The notes below the pieces were generated by a model. The model was not told the origin of the DNA, ran no database searches, and saw only the letters and a program-made list of their open reading frames with translations. Shown piece after piece: positions 24,901 to 37,344 of a DNA stretch of 64,000 nucleotides. This DNA is from Camelus dromedarius (lineage: Eukaryota), in the NCBI RefSeq assembly GCF_036321535.1, contig NC_087436.1, forward strand, positions 3,968,001 through 4,032,000, in the 5' to 3' direction. Each line of letters opens with the position of its first letter. Position 1 is the first letter of the stretch. The translations under genes were made by a program, and so were the position numbers.

Positions 24901-27900
24901 GGGTCTCACCTCCTGCCCTCCTGTCAGGGCAACTAACACGCAGTTCAGGAGCCAACTGGCACCCCAGGGCTTCTAAGGCTCGCATATCTCCCAGAATCCC
25001 TGCTTTCTGGGTTGACTTGGCTTCTGAGGATTCCCCTCACTTTCTTGAAAATTAGCTGTGCAGCTTGAAAGATGAGGAAGGAAGGTTTTATTTCTTAATC
25101 AGCATTTTAAGGAACTTGTGTAATGAAGGTTTTCACGAGTTTCTAGAACCCTCCATTGCCGAGACAGAAAACACAATAGATATTTTCTAAATTTAGGTAT
25201 CATGTGCATTGTTTCTTTGCTTTTGTTTTCTTAACTACTAACAGACATTTTTTAATTAAAAAAAAAATAAGGCCCCAAATAGGATAGAAACTTGAAGGGG
25301 CAAACAAAATTTAAGGACAAAGACAGAAAAATGATAAGTACTCTACAAAGTTAATAGAATACAAACACTATGGATCAGGTCAGCAATTCTCAGTAACAGC
25401 TAGTTGAAACATGACCATGAGGTAAAATGTCTCTCCTGTCAGGAGATGGCCAACAGAAAATAGAATTAAAACAACAAACTAAAATTCTAAGTCTGGCGAG
25501 GTACAGAAGGCTACCAGCTAAATGTGTCTTCTTCTGGAAAAGAGGAAGACTCACCAGCTCTTTTCTGTGGAGCCTGAGCCCAGGGGAGGGCGGTGAAGTG
25601 AGCTCTGTAAGTACCCAATTAGCAAAGTGGGTGATGAATAAAGAGACGTGTGCTTTGATGACAGAGATGATACTACTATTCACTTGTCCGGTAAAGTATG
25701 TCTTCACGTTCAGTGATCAATACCTCGGCGTCCTCAGGGATTGAGATTATAGGAAAATGCACAGCCCGGGCCAAGATCTCCTCTGTGAGCTCATGACATT
25801 GCACTTAGATGTCTCAAGGGCACCTCCAACTCCACCTGCACAGAGCTGACTTCACGGTTCTCCTCCCATGGCCGTCCTGCTCAGTACTCCTGGTTAGGGG
25901 ATAAGGTCGCTCTGCCTCTCCCAGCTCAGGCCCATCACTCACAGATTTGACTGGACCCCTCTTTCAGGGCTCAGATTTCCTCAGTCACCGAGCCCCACCA
26001 CCCACACCTGTCCTACCAGGTATTCACAGGAACTCCCTCAGCACTGACTCTGTGCTGGGGACCACGCTGCACACTGTGTGCATGTTATCTCACTGGATCA
26101 CCACAACAGTCCTGGGAGGTCGGTACATCACTGCTTCAATTGTTTAGATAAATTGTTTCACTTCCTTGAGTGCGTCATCCAAAGTGACACGGCTACTGAG
26201 CCACAAAACTGGGACTGAAAACCACTTGAAAATTGAACACTGCTACACCTCGCAGCCACCCTACTGTGATTCATCACATCACCTCTTGCCGAGCCTACTG
26301 AATGTTTGCAAGCATTCTACAAACACAAAAGTGATCTACGAGAGCACCCCACTCCCCTACTTAAAATCTGTCAATGACGGTCCACTGTCCTTCAGAGAAA
26401 GACCCACCGGGCCTGAGCACAGCCCAACGGCCCGGCATCCTCGTTCCCTGCGCGGCCGCGCCGCCTCACCCACCAGGCAGCTCTACACGTGCCGTGTCCA
26501 GGACAGGGATGCTGACTCCGTACAACCAAGGGCACGTCTCACTCGAACAATGATCACCCTCTTCAGTGGTCACCCTCTTCAATGCTGACTCTCAGAAAAA
26601 TGTTTTCTCAGGATGAATCAATATCTTTTTCCTTACAACTTCCAGTCATTGATAATGAGCTCCCCCCAAAAGAGAGAACACTTAATAGTCAGTCTCCTTA
26701 TCTGTAAAGTGGGAATAACAAGGAATTATGTGAGGTTTTCAGAGAAATAAAATTCATGTGAGTCTGAGGGACAATTCCCAACATACAGTAAGCACTCAAT
26801 ATGGGCTTACTTAGTATTAATAAGAATATGTTGCATTCCAGCAACCTTAACTCAATGTTTTATGGCTTTATCCAACAGACTACTGACAAACTGTTGGACG
26901 AACCCCTTTGAGCAGATCAGCACAAGCGTACTGGGAGAGGTAAGTGCTGACTCCAGTTACAGCTGCAGCCACCCAGCACTACGGGGCGGGGGCAGTTTGC
27001 TCAAACTCTTACATGTTGTTTGAGCATTTAGTTGTCGTTATTGAATAAAGACAGGTGTTCTTTAGTCAAAGCTCCTGAAACATAAATCTTCAAAAATAGA
27101 TACAAATTAGGTTTCAAGTACAACATTCTCACTAGAAATTATTTGAAAATGATAGTCTTAGCTCCTCTGCACATCAAAAGGTCATGTTCTTAATGTATCT
27201 GACTATATACACTGAAAGGATTGTTTAAAAGAAATTAAGATGAAGCCATCCTAAATAAGCTCTCAGTATCATCTGCACAAAGCCCCACCCAAGGGTCTCA
27301 TTTCTCACTTCCACATAGGTGTTGAGGTAGCTTAACCTGGGTCTTGGTTTCTTATGACACAGGGGAGGGAAGAGTTGTGGATAGATTTATGTAGCAAATA
27401 TAAACCTAGTGTATTTGATGTGTAGGAATCCTAGAAATAAACAAATTGATATATAGTCCCACCCTTAAGAAGCTCAGCCTTTCCATTTACAACAGCATTA
27501 AAAATAAAATGGGAGATACATTTAACAAAAATTTACAAGATTTGTACATTGAACATTTTGAAGTATCACGGAAAAAAAAATTTTAAAAGATCTACATATA
27601 TGGAAGACATCCCATGTTCATGGAATGGTAGACAATATTGTTAAAAATGTTAAGACTCCCCAAAATGATCTACAAATTCAGTGGAATCCCTATCAAAATT
27701 CCAGCTAACTTCTTTGCAAAAATTGAAAAACTGATCCCAAAATTCATATGGAAGTGCAAGGGATCCAGGTCAGCCAAAACAATCTTGAAAAAGAAGAACA
27801 AAGTTGGAGGACTCACTTTAAAGGTTACTACAAATCTATAGTACTCAAGTCAGTGTGGTACTGGCATAAGTTTGGATACATAAATCTATGAGGCACAATA

Positions 27901-28285
27901 AAAATCCAGTGGGGGAAACTTACATTTACAGTCAGTTTTCCACAAGGGTGCCAACAACACTCCACTGAAAGAATAGTCTATTCAACGAATGGTGCAGGGA
28001 CACCTGGGTATCTGCAGGCAAAAGAATGAATCTGGAACCCCCTATTGTATATAACAAATAAAAATTAATTAAAAATGGATCACAGACAGAAACGTAAAAA
28101 CTAAACCTATAAACTTTCTAAAAGAAGACTTAGTATAAATCTTTGTGGTCCTAGGATAGGCTATGGTTTCCTAGATATAATACCAACAGCAAAAGTGATA
28201 AAAAAAAAAAAAAACAGATAAACTGGACTTCGTGAAAATTAAAACCATTTGTTACAAAGGACATCATCAAGGAAGTGAAATGAAA

Positions 28286-28392
28286 GGGGAAGAGGATAGC
28301 TCAAGTGATAGAGTGCATGCTTGGCAAAAAAAAAAAATGAATAAATCTAATTACCTCCCCTATAAATAAATTGTTTTAATGTTTAAAAAAAG
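28286..28392 (+). mobile_element. tRNA-derived SINE, camelid Vic-1-like, internally deleted
   Basis: ggggaagaggatagctcaagtgatagagtgcatgctt is followed directly by an A-run and aataaatctaattacctcccc. Flanking gtgaaa(t/c)ga looks like a TSD. Confidence 0.8.
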
Positions 28393-28810
28393 TAATGTGA
28401 AACGACAATCTGCAGAATAGGAGAAAAATTTTGCAAAGAATATATCTAATAAGAGACTAGTATCCATGATATAAAACAGATGCTTACAACTGAACAATAC
28501 AAAGAAAATCGACCCAATTTTTAAATTTGCCAAGGATTTAATTAGATACACAATTGGCCAATAAGCATATGAAAAGATGCTCAGCATCACTAGCCAAATC
28601 AAAATAAAAGTGAGATCTCATTTTACACCCAATAGGATGGTTATATTCAAAACATGGACAAAAACAAGTGTCGGTCAGGAGGCAGAGAAATGGGAACCCT
28701 CATATGCAGCCGGTGGAAAGGGGCAATGGTGCAGGTTCTTTGGAAAAGTCTGGTGTTTCCTCAAAAGGCTAGAGTTATCATATGGCTAAGCAATTCTACT
28801 CCTACATATA

Positions 28811-28950
28811 CTTTCATCCCTCAGTGTCCTCGGGGAGTTGGTTTCAGGAAGCCACCACCCTGGATTCCATAATCCAAGGATGTTCGAGTCCCTTAACAAT
28901 CAGCCATCTGGATCCATGAAGTGGAAACTACAGATATGGCAGGCCAACTG
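28811..28950 (+). mobile_element. MER2-like Tigger MITE, internally deleted
   Basis: TA on both sides. ctttcatccctcagtgtcctcggggagttggtttcagga...gatatggcaggccaactg resembles the MER2 termini. Confidence 0.75.
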
Positions 28951-29075
28951 TACAGCCAACAGAATGAAAACATATTCTCACAAAAACTTGCACATCAATA
29001 TTCATGGCAGTATCATTCAGAGTAGCCAAAGGTTACAAACAATATCCATCCATCAATGAACGGGTAAACAAAATT

Positions 29076-30578
29076 ACCAAGAATAGTCCCACAAACTTTT
29101 GGTCATTGAATCTTTGACAAAGGAGGTGAGAACATAAAATGGAGTAAAGACAGCCTCTTCAGAAAATGGTGTAGGGAAAACTGGACAGCTGCATGTAAAT
29201 CAATGAAGTTAGACTACTCCCTCACAGCATACACAAAAATAAATTCAAAATGGCTTAAAGACTTAAACATGTAGACAAGACACTACAAACCTCTTAGAAG
29301 AAAACATAGGCAAAACATCTGACATATATCTCAGCAATGTTCTCCTAGAGCAGTCTACTCAAGCAATAGAAATACAAGCAAAAATATACAAGTGGGGACT
29401 AATTAAACTTACAAGCTTTTGCACAGCAAAGGAAACAATAAGAAAAACGAAAAGACAACCTATGGAATGGGAGAAAATATTTGCAATAAATGAGACTGAC
29501 AAGGGCTTAATTCCCAGAATATATAAACAGCTTTTACACTTGATAAGAAAGAAAAATAAACAATTCAATCCAAAAATGGGAAGAAGTGCTAAAGAAACAT
29601 TTCTCCAATGAAAACATACAAATGGCCAATAGGCATATGAAAAAATGCTCAATATCATCATCAGAGAAATGCAAATCAAAACTACAATCAAGTATCACCT
29701 CTCACCAGTCAGAATAGCCATCATTCAGAAGTTCACAAACAATAAATGCTGGAGATGCTGTGGAGAAAATGGAAACCTCCTACACTGTGCTGGGAATGCA
29801 GTTTGGTGGAGCCATTGTGGAAAACAGTATGGAGATTCACCAAAAGACAAAAAATTGACTTCCCCTATGACCCAGCAATCCCACTCCTGGGCATATATCC
29901 AGAGGGAGCCCTAATTCAAAAAGACACCTTTCCCCAAATGTTCACAGCAACACTATTTACAATAGCCAAGACATGGAAACAACCTAAATGTCCACTGACA
30001 GGTGACTGGATAAAGAGGTTGCAGTATATTTATACCATAGACTACTACTCAGCCATAAAAAATAATAAAATAATGCCATTTGCAGTAACATGAATGGACC
30101 TGGAGAATGTCATTCTAAGAGGAGTAAGCCAGAAAGAGAAAGAAAAATACCATATGAGATCGCTCACATATGGAATCTAAAAAAAAACAAAACAAACAAA
30201 AAAAAACAAAAAACAAAACAATACAAAGAAAGAGATACTTATCTACAGAACAGAAACAGGCACAGAGACATAGAAAGCAAACTATGGTTACCAGAGGGGA
30301 GACGGTGTGGGAAGGGATAAATTGCAAGTTCAAGGTTTGCAGATACTGATTATGTATAGAATAAACAGCAAGTTTATACTGTATAGTACAGGGAAATATG
30401 TCTAATATCTTATAGTAACTTATGTTGAAAAAGAATATGAAAATGAATACAGGTATATTCCTATATAACTGAAGTATTGTGCTGTAAACAACAAACTGAT
30501 GCAACATTATAAACTGACTAGACTTCAATGAAACCATTTTTAAATAGACCAAAAACAAAAAAGAAAAAAAGAAAAAAG
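29076..30578 (+). mobile_element. Younger 5'-truncated L1 with poly(A) tail, nested in the older L1
   Basis: ORF2 C-terminal motifs (PYDPAIPLLGIYP, MFTATLFTIAKTWKQPKCP) are followed by a 3'UTR and an A-rich tail at ~30551-30578. Confidence 0.92.
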
Positions 30579-31546
30579 ATATTATTAAACCAAAAGAATA
30601 AATTACTGTTTCAGGCTACAACATAGATGAACCTTAAAAAAGTATGCTGAAATAAGCCAGACACAAAAGGACAAATACTGCCCTTTTAGGTGAAGTGTAT
30701 CTAAGTGTTCATTGTACTACTCCTGTAAATTTTCCGGAAGTTTGAAGTCTATCAAATTAAAAATAAAGTGTATTATTCATTAAAAACATAAAACGATTCC
30801 TCACAGGAGGGCTTTAAATAATAAATGAAGAAATGCATGTAAAGCTCCTGGAACAACACTTTGCATTTCCACAGTCACTGCTGTCACTGAAACTCAGAGG
30901 GTGGTGACAGCGCTGATGAGAGCTGCCTCCACTCACTCCCCTGCAGAAAGGAGTGAGGGCCTGGGCTCTGACAGGCAGGGTGACAGTGAACCTGAGTCAG
31001 ACACAGCCACGCCCCAGACTCTGTGTTACCCAACTTTCTTATACAAACTGCTGCATGTAACGTAAACACGCTAGAGGGATGCATCTTACAACATAGGCAA
31101 TACAGTCAATGTTTTACAATAACTATAAATGGAGCATCTATTGTACACCTGAAATATATCATATTGTAAATCAGCTATACCTTTAGAAAAAATTAAAAAA
31201 TAATTTAAAAATGTTATAACTTTAATATCAGTCCGGTTTTTAAATAACTACGAAACAGCTTAGAATGTATAAAAGCATTTAAGTGTGATGTTTATTTACA
31301 TATTTATTCACTTTCAGCCTCCTGCTAAAAAAGAAATTGAACAATTTTTTAAACACAGCTTAACAACCATAACAACAAAAAGACAAAAGTGAGAGTGAAG
31401 AGAAAATGGAGATTCAATACTTAAATGAAACCAGGGGGAGGTAAAGTCATAAAATCGGATGCTATGAAGTCAGGGTAAGTGTTAAAGGCCGACTAGAAAT
31501 TCAGCTGTAAGATTCTTGGCAGCTAAAGCAAAAAGAAAAAGATGAT

Positions 31547-31750
31547 GGGGCGGGTGGTAGAGCTCAGTGATAGAGCGTGTGCATAGCATACACGGGGTCT
31601 CGGTTCAAGCCCCAGGGCCTCCACTAACAGATAAATACACCTAATTACCTACCCACCCAAAAAAGCCCCAAAGAAAAGAAAAAGAAATTTTTTTCCTCAA
31701 AAAACCTGATATTAAATTTAGATTAAATTCTTAAAAAAAAGAAAAGAAAA
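31547..31750 (+). mobile_element. tRNA-derived SINE, camelid Vic-1-like
   Basis: A-box (agctcagtgatagagc), B-box (ggttcaagcccc), acctaattacct and an A-rich tail. TSD-like agaaaa(g/a)atga on both sides. Confidence 0.88.
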
Positions 31751-31953
31751 ATAGAAAAAAATGAGTGACACAAGCGATAATGCCCGTGAGATAAATCTGA
31801 AGTGGCTGCTGGCAGGTCCCCATGTCCCAAGTGGGAAAATCTAAAACATCCTTCACACCACCCAGAGTCATCCTCAGCCTACCCCACCCCTCCCCCTGTC
31901 AAATGCAGGAGCACAGGCAGGGCCTGGCCTTTGCTCTCTCTGTGTCATCACAG

Positions 31954-32579
31954 TGAGACAGGATGGAAGGGGACAGAGCACAGCCATTCAAGGAAGGCCA
32001 CAGCAATTAACATCAAAATGGTGAAGCATTCAACCCCCAATAGGCCTTGAGGCTCAGGATGAAGAGATTTAACTTCTAGCAGAGCTTGAGCTTCATTATA
32101 AACCCATTGTAAAAGTAACATGGTGAATAACATGCCCCAAGGCACAATGGCAGTCCCAAGGCTAGCCACAAAAGGTCAAAGGGTGGGAAATGGCCAACTC
32201 CCTGGGAATTCCATCCCCTTGCCCTTAGGCTGGTCCTTCTAATTATTACCATATGAAACCACCAAGCCCATGAAAACAAGCAACACAGAGCCGCCTAGCG
32301 GTCACCCCTCTCTCTCCCTCTTCGGAGAAGGCCCACACTCTGTCTGTGGAGTGTGTACCTACTTTTAATCTAAGCATCAAACCCCTAAACTTCATGGCGT
32401 TTCTCTTGCCTTTCAATGAATCTCTCTGAATAAATCTACCTTTGCTCAACAGTGGCTTGCTTTTGAATACTTTCCTGCATGAAGCCAAGGACCCACATTT
32501 GGTGGGGCACATCCCAGGGGCTCAACCAAAGCCTGAGACACAGCCCTTCTCATGCCCCACTTATTTTTTTCTTGTATCA
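31954..32579 (+). mobile_element. Solo ERV1-type LTR (626 bp) with perfect 4-bp TSD
   Basis: acag|TGAGACAGG...TTGTATCA|acag, with AATAAA at ~32429. Confidence 0.88.
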
Positions 32580-34872
32580 ACAGGACTGGGTTGTGAAGGG
32601 AGCTCTGAGGCCCTGGCTAAGGGACAGAAGCAGCCCCAAGGGCTCGAATTGGCGGGCAGCCTCTCTCCCAGGAGGGGCCTGGGTCTGCCCGGTTCTCTGA
32701 GTTTCTTTGTTGTGCTGACTCCCCAGCCACAGAGCGTTCTCCCTAGGCCTGTCCCCACAAAACCCTTCTCTCCAAAATACAAGCACATCATGTCACAATC
32801 CTCTTGTTCAATCAGGAAATGTTCAGCCCACTTTTTCCTTCCCCAGTAAAGAACCTAACTGTCCTCCTTCCCATCCCACCACTTCTTTCTTTGTGAGAAC
32901 TCTGCACTCTCCACACACCATGATGAACGCAGGTGCCTTGCTGGCTGGGACATAGATGTTTCAGTCTTACACAGCCTGCGTCATTTCACATTCCCCTTTC
33001 TACCTTAAAAAGCCTTTCCTGAGTCTCCCACCCCTCTGATTCTGAACTTCACAAAGTGCTGAGTTTACGGTCACTGTGTGCATACATCCCAGGTTTTGAG
33101 TATGTTTCCTTTGCAAGATCTTCATTAAGGAGCTGCATCAAGAAGTTTAAAGAGGCTATTCTTACATCTGAGAAGATGAGCCTGCATAAAATTTAAATGG
33201 CTTTGAATAGACTGTTAACCGGGGACAGAGATGTCGCAGGTCCTAGTCAACAGTGTCATGAGGCAAAACGTTCTTCAAAGGCTCAGAGTGGCTTCTGAAC
33301 GTGGAGTCGGCAGGGAGGAGGTGACAGGCAGTGAGTGGGGTGTGTGAAACAGCTTACGCTCCCCCAGCTGGGGAAGAATTGGATTTTTTTCTAGTTTTCC
33401 AATTTCTTACTACCTTTTTCTTTTATTGTCACATACCATTTCATATGAATTAAGAAAATCAATGTCAGTCATTTGGGCCACTTGGGAGAAGCTACACAAT
33501 GCCATTCACAAGTCTGGGAAATGACAGCCACACCAGTTTGGTTGAAAGACCAGTGGGGGTATTTCCAAGGTGATCACGGGAATGCAGCAAACTTCCCAGC
33601 TTCAATCACCTCATCTCAAAGGTGGGGCCAATAAAACTACCGAGCAAAATGCGTGATGATTATGGCCGACATCTGTTTACTAGGTAAGTGACCGTGACAG
33701 CTGCCACTTAATGGGGAATGAGAATGATGAATGAGGCCCCGTCTACCTGGTCACACGTGCCCTGCCTTCCTGCCTTGGTGCAGCAGCAGAGTTTGTTTAG
33801 CTGAGATGAACGACCCCAGAGCAGCCCCGACGGGAAAGCTCCCAGCTCTGCATGGCGAGGCGTGTTCCTTTCCTTCTCAGAGCTGATCACAGTTTGCAGT
33901 CATCTGTTTTTATGTTTATCACTTTTGTAACTGCCTCCCCCCCGGAGTTTTGCTCAAGCAGCACAGGGCCAGGTGTGTCTTGCTGCCTGCTGGATATTCT
34001 GGGCTGGGAGACAGCCGACCTCACATCTGGCTCAGGTGCTGGCTGAGGCCAGAAGGCCCAGGGGCCCATGCTGAACCGAGGCCCCTGCACCCAAAATTAT
34101 GGTCTGAATTTGGGAAAACTACACAGTCTTCTTTACCCTGAGATTCCTCATCTGTCCATGAAAATAACTGCCCATGGCACACAGATTTACCAAGATTAAA
34201 GGAAATCACCAAATTCACAACCTATTCAAGGGGCTACCAGTGCATCCTCAACAGACACATGCTGCCTTTACGGCTCTGACACACGCCAAGCGGGGCGGCC
34301 GCACACAGTGAACACTGCTAAGAGCCAGTGTGTTAAGTGCTTCATGTGTGCTATAATACTCTTTACAACTTACAACTATCCCAGGTAGAAATGAATATTA
34401 TCATGCCCATTTCATAGATTCACCAACAGGTTAGGAGTGGTTACATTCTAGTCCAAGGCCCTATGGTGAGGAAATGGCGATTTAAACCTGAATCTGGGCC
34501 CAGGCCTGGGCTCCATCTCTCTCTCATCCACCTGACAACTTGCCTATGAAATCCACCTGTCCAATACACGTTTGCAGCCGGCCAGCTCTTAAATACAATG
34601 TGTTCCACCGTTTGTCAATGTTCATTAATCACCATAAACTGTTATCAGAAACCACTAAAGAAAAGAAAGGTGGGCTTATGTCCCTGCCCACAAAGAAAAG
34701 GAATTCTGCCTTGCCTTCTCCTGTAACGTGCAGAAACCCTTCCCTACACCACCAAATCCTTTTGTATGCTTCCTCCATGTTTATGTTTGCACACGGCTTA
34801 TTAAATTAGAAGGTACCTGAAGTAATTGCATCTCGGTTGCTTTCCAAGTTTGCATATTATCCATAATCAGTC

Positions 34873-35363
34873 TGTGAACGAAAATACTACAGTGTGAATG
34901 AAAATACTACAACAATGTCAGTAAACAAAGAATGCTGAAACCAAGTCATCAGTGGCTGCCACCACCCCCCAGAGAGGACAGCCATGAAGCCCAGCCTCTG
35001 CAGCCACTCACAATGGTGCCCTCTGAGCAGACTCAGAATAAGAAAGGACAGGATACTTGCCCTAGATAGCTAGGTGCTTGTCTAAAGAATGAATTCAGTG
35101 AGTCCAAATGTTTGCTTCCTTCCATACATGGAAAAGCACTAAATTCTTGAACTTGAGATACCTGGCTTTCTTTAGATAACAAGCAATCTTTTATTGTTCC
35201 AACTTCCTGGTCTTTGTTGTAAAGCTCCTATATATCCTAGTTCCTCCTCAAACTCTTGGGAACAGTCCCTCAGAGTGATCTGAGAGGCTGTCATCCCGAC
35301 TCGAGTCCTCCCGTCAAATAAAACATAACACTTAACTTTTAGGCTGCACATGTATTTCAGTCA
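34873..35363 (+). mobile_element. 5' LTR
   Basis: TG...CA termini, TATA-like ctatatat at ~35228 and AATAAA at ~35317. About 90% identical to 41604-42090 by eye. The 3' end may extend about 3 nt further. Confidence 0.93.
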
Positions 35364-35370
35364 AAAGTTT

Positions 35371-35388
35371 TGGGCACCAAAAAGGGAC
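35371..35388 (+). promoter_or_regulatory. Degenerate primer-binding site, tentatively tRNA-Arg
   Basis: tgggcaccaaaaagggac matches 14/18 to recalled Arg PBS TGGCGACCACGAAGGGAC and 13/18 to Lys3, so the tRNA is uncertain. Confidence 0.6.
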
Positions 35389-37307
35389 CCAGAGCAGACT
35401 TCTCTCCAACTGAACTCTCCGAGGAACTGGAGCCTTGGTACCAGCAGTTGCACTTTGTGCCCATCTGCCTCCTCGGGGAGTCCAGATGAATTTGGATGAG
35501 TCTCTCCTGGTTCTCGGATCTCACATATTGGTTGATGATCCTGAGTTTTATTTGGCGGTGTATCCAGGTACCTGGCCCTCCAGTTGAAAGAGACTGGGAG
35601 GAATTACCCACCCAGTGGAGGCATACTGGGTGGGGCCTGGTTGAAAGATAACAGGAAACACCCACCTTGAGGAGACGTCCAAAATGGGGCTGGTGGAAAC
35701 ATACCAGGAAAATACTCACCCAGTGGAGACGTCCTGAGTGGGTCCAAGTTGAAAGACGCTGGGTTCAGGACTGAGTGGTTAGATAAGAGGCTGGTCTAAT
35801 GTTGTCCTCAATTTGGTTACCTCCATTGAATTTTTCGGAATAAAAGTATAACTCTTATGAGGAACATTTCAACTCCAAAAATGGGACCCTCCTCCTGGCT
35901 GATAACAGCTTTCTCGGGTGACGGAGAAACTTTCAGGAATGGTAGAGGCAAAGACTTCATGCCACAGTGTTGTCCCTGTGGGAAATCTTACTAGCAATTT
36001 TATTCTGAGAACCCGACCTTACAATGGGGAATAGAACTTTCAAAAAAAAAAAAAAAAAACAAACAAACACACAACAGAAAAGAAAAAGAAATGACAGATT
36101 GCCAGCCTCCAACTAATACACTAGCCAGGTTTATATATGTTCAAAACTTACAACATTAATTAGGAATTAGAAAAAAAAACTCACTCTGAAAGTAACTAAC
36201 CAGGCCTGATAAAATATTTTTTGGAATTCTGAACTTATAAGAACAAAATCCCCTTTAGGGGGAACTTGGATTTCTCTTCCTATGTCCTTGAAATGTAAAC
36301 GTTTTATCTTTCTCTGGGTGTTTTATCTTTGTGTATGTATGTATATATGTGTTTTTTTTTTTTTTTAAACGAAACCTTGGTCTCTGCCATACAAAAGGTA
36401 CAAGTATTGTGTACATATGGTGGCCACGCAAATAAATTGGGATTCTCAACAATCCTTTGTACCAATTTTCAGATATTTTGCCATCTTAACCGTTGTTGCA
36501 TCAGCCTGGACCACAAAGGCCTTTAGCTTTTGGAAAGTAAACTTTTGAATTTTATTTAAGCAACACCCCCACTCTCATGTGGAAAAGCCTCTTCATCTTA
36601 TTCATTTAAAATCACTATATATATATATATAAATTGATGGCCATATGATGGATCCTTAGTTTGGGAAAACTTTTAAATTGGTGAAAGTTGAAAGAGCTCT
36701 CATTATAAACAGCTCTTTTATTGGTACCTATTAAAATCAAGTTTAAAGGTAGAAAATTATATCTAATGGTTAACCTAAGAACTTAGTTAAAAAAAAAAAA
36801 AACTGGCTTGAAAAGCTACATTTGTGTTTTTCCTTTCCGATCAATGGTTTTAGAGATGCTAATAAATACTTAGAATAATTAATGTTAATTAGGTTGAATA
36901 ACTGGAAAAAGGATTGTAAAATTGTTGAGAAAAACAAAAGATAAGGGGCTTATCCCAAATGGATATATATTTTTATATGTTAATTTTGAATGAGATAAAT
37001 AAAATGGACATTTTTGGATTTAGATACAAGGTTTTGATACTACACTACATAAAGTAAAAAAAAAAAAAAGGGCCAAAGAGATCACCTACTGCCCCCCAAC
37101 ATTAAAGTTCAAACAAGTCCGCTTTAACACAGTTTAAAATATATGTATTTATAGAGCTTAAAAAAATACATATTTATAGACTGAAATACTTGATCAATAA
37201 TTGGGACAAGAGACCAATTAATCAAATTGAAAATTGAGAAGGGCCTAAGCTCTTTGGCTCAAACTTGGGGATCCCAGAGAATTTTCTATATAATTAGATA
37301 CAATGCA

Positions 37308-37344
<37 letters not shown>

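Larger units (their letters stand above)
27481..29075 (+). mobile_element. Older L1 ORF2/3' fragment, interrupted by a SINE, a MER2 and a younger L1; resumes ~30580-30680
   Basis: ORF 27638-27841 ([55 protein letters not shown]) is L1 ORF2-like. Confidence 0.92.

Noticed and set aside
27638..30558. Several 60-147-aa ORFs
   Set aside because: Sense and antisense fragments of L1 ORF2 and 3'UTR.
31547..31625. tRNA gene
   Set aside because: Has A/B boxes, but also a SINE-specific tail, an A-rich end and TSDs, and no intact cloverleaf.
37309..37341. A33 tract as a retrocopy tail
   Set aside because: No upstream insert or TSD seen. It is one of several expanded A-runs inside the provirus, consistent with slippage.
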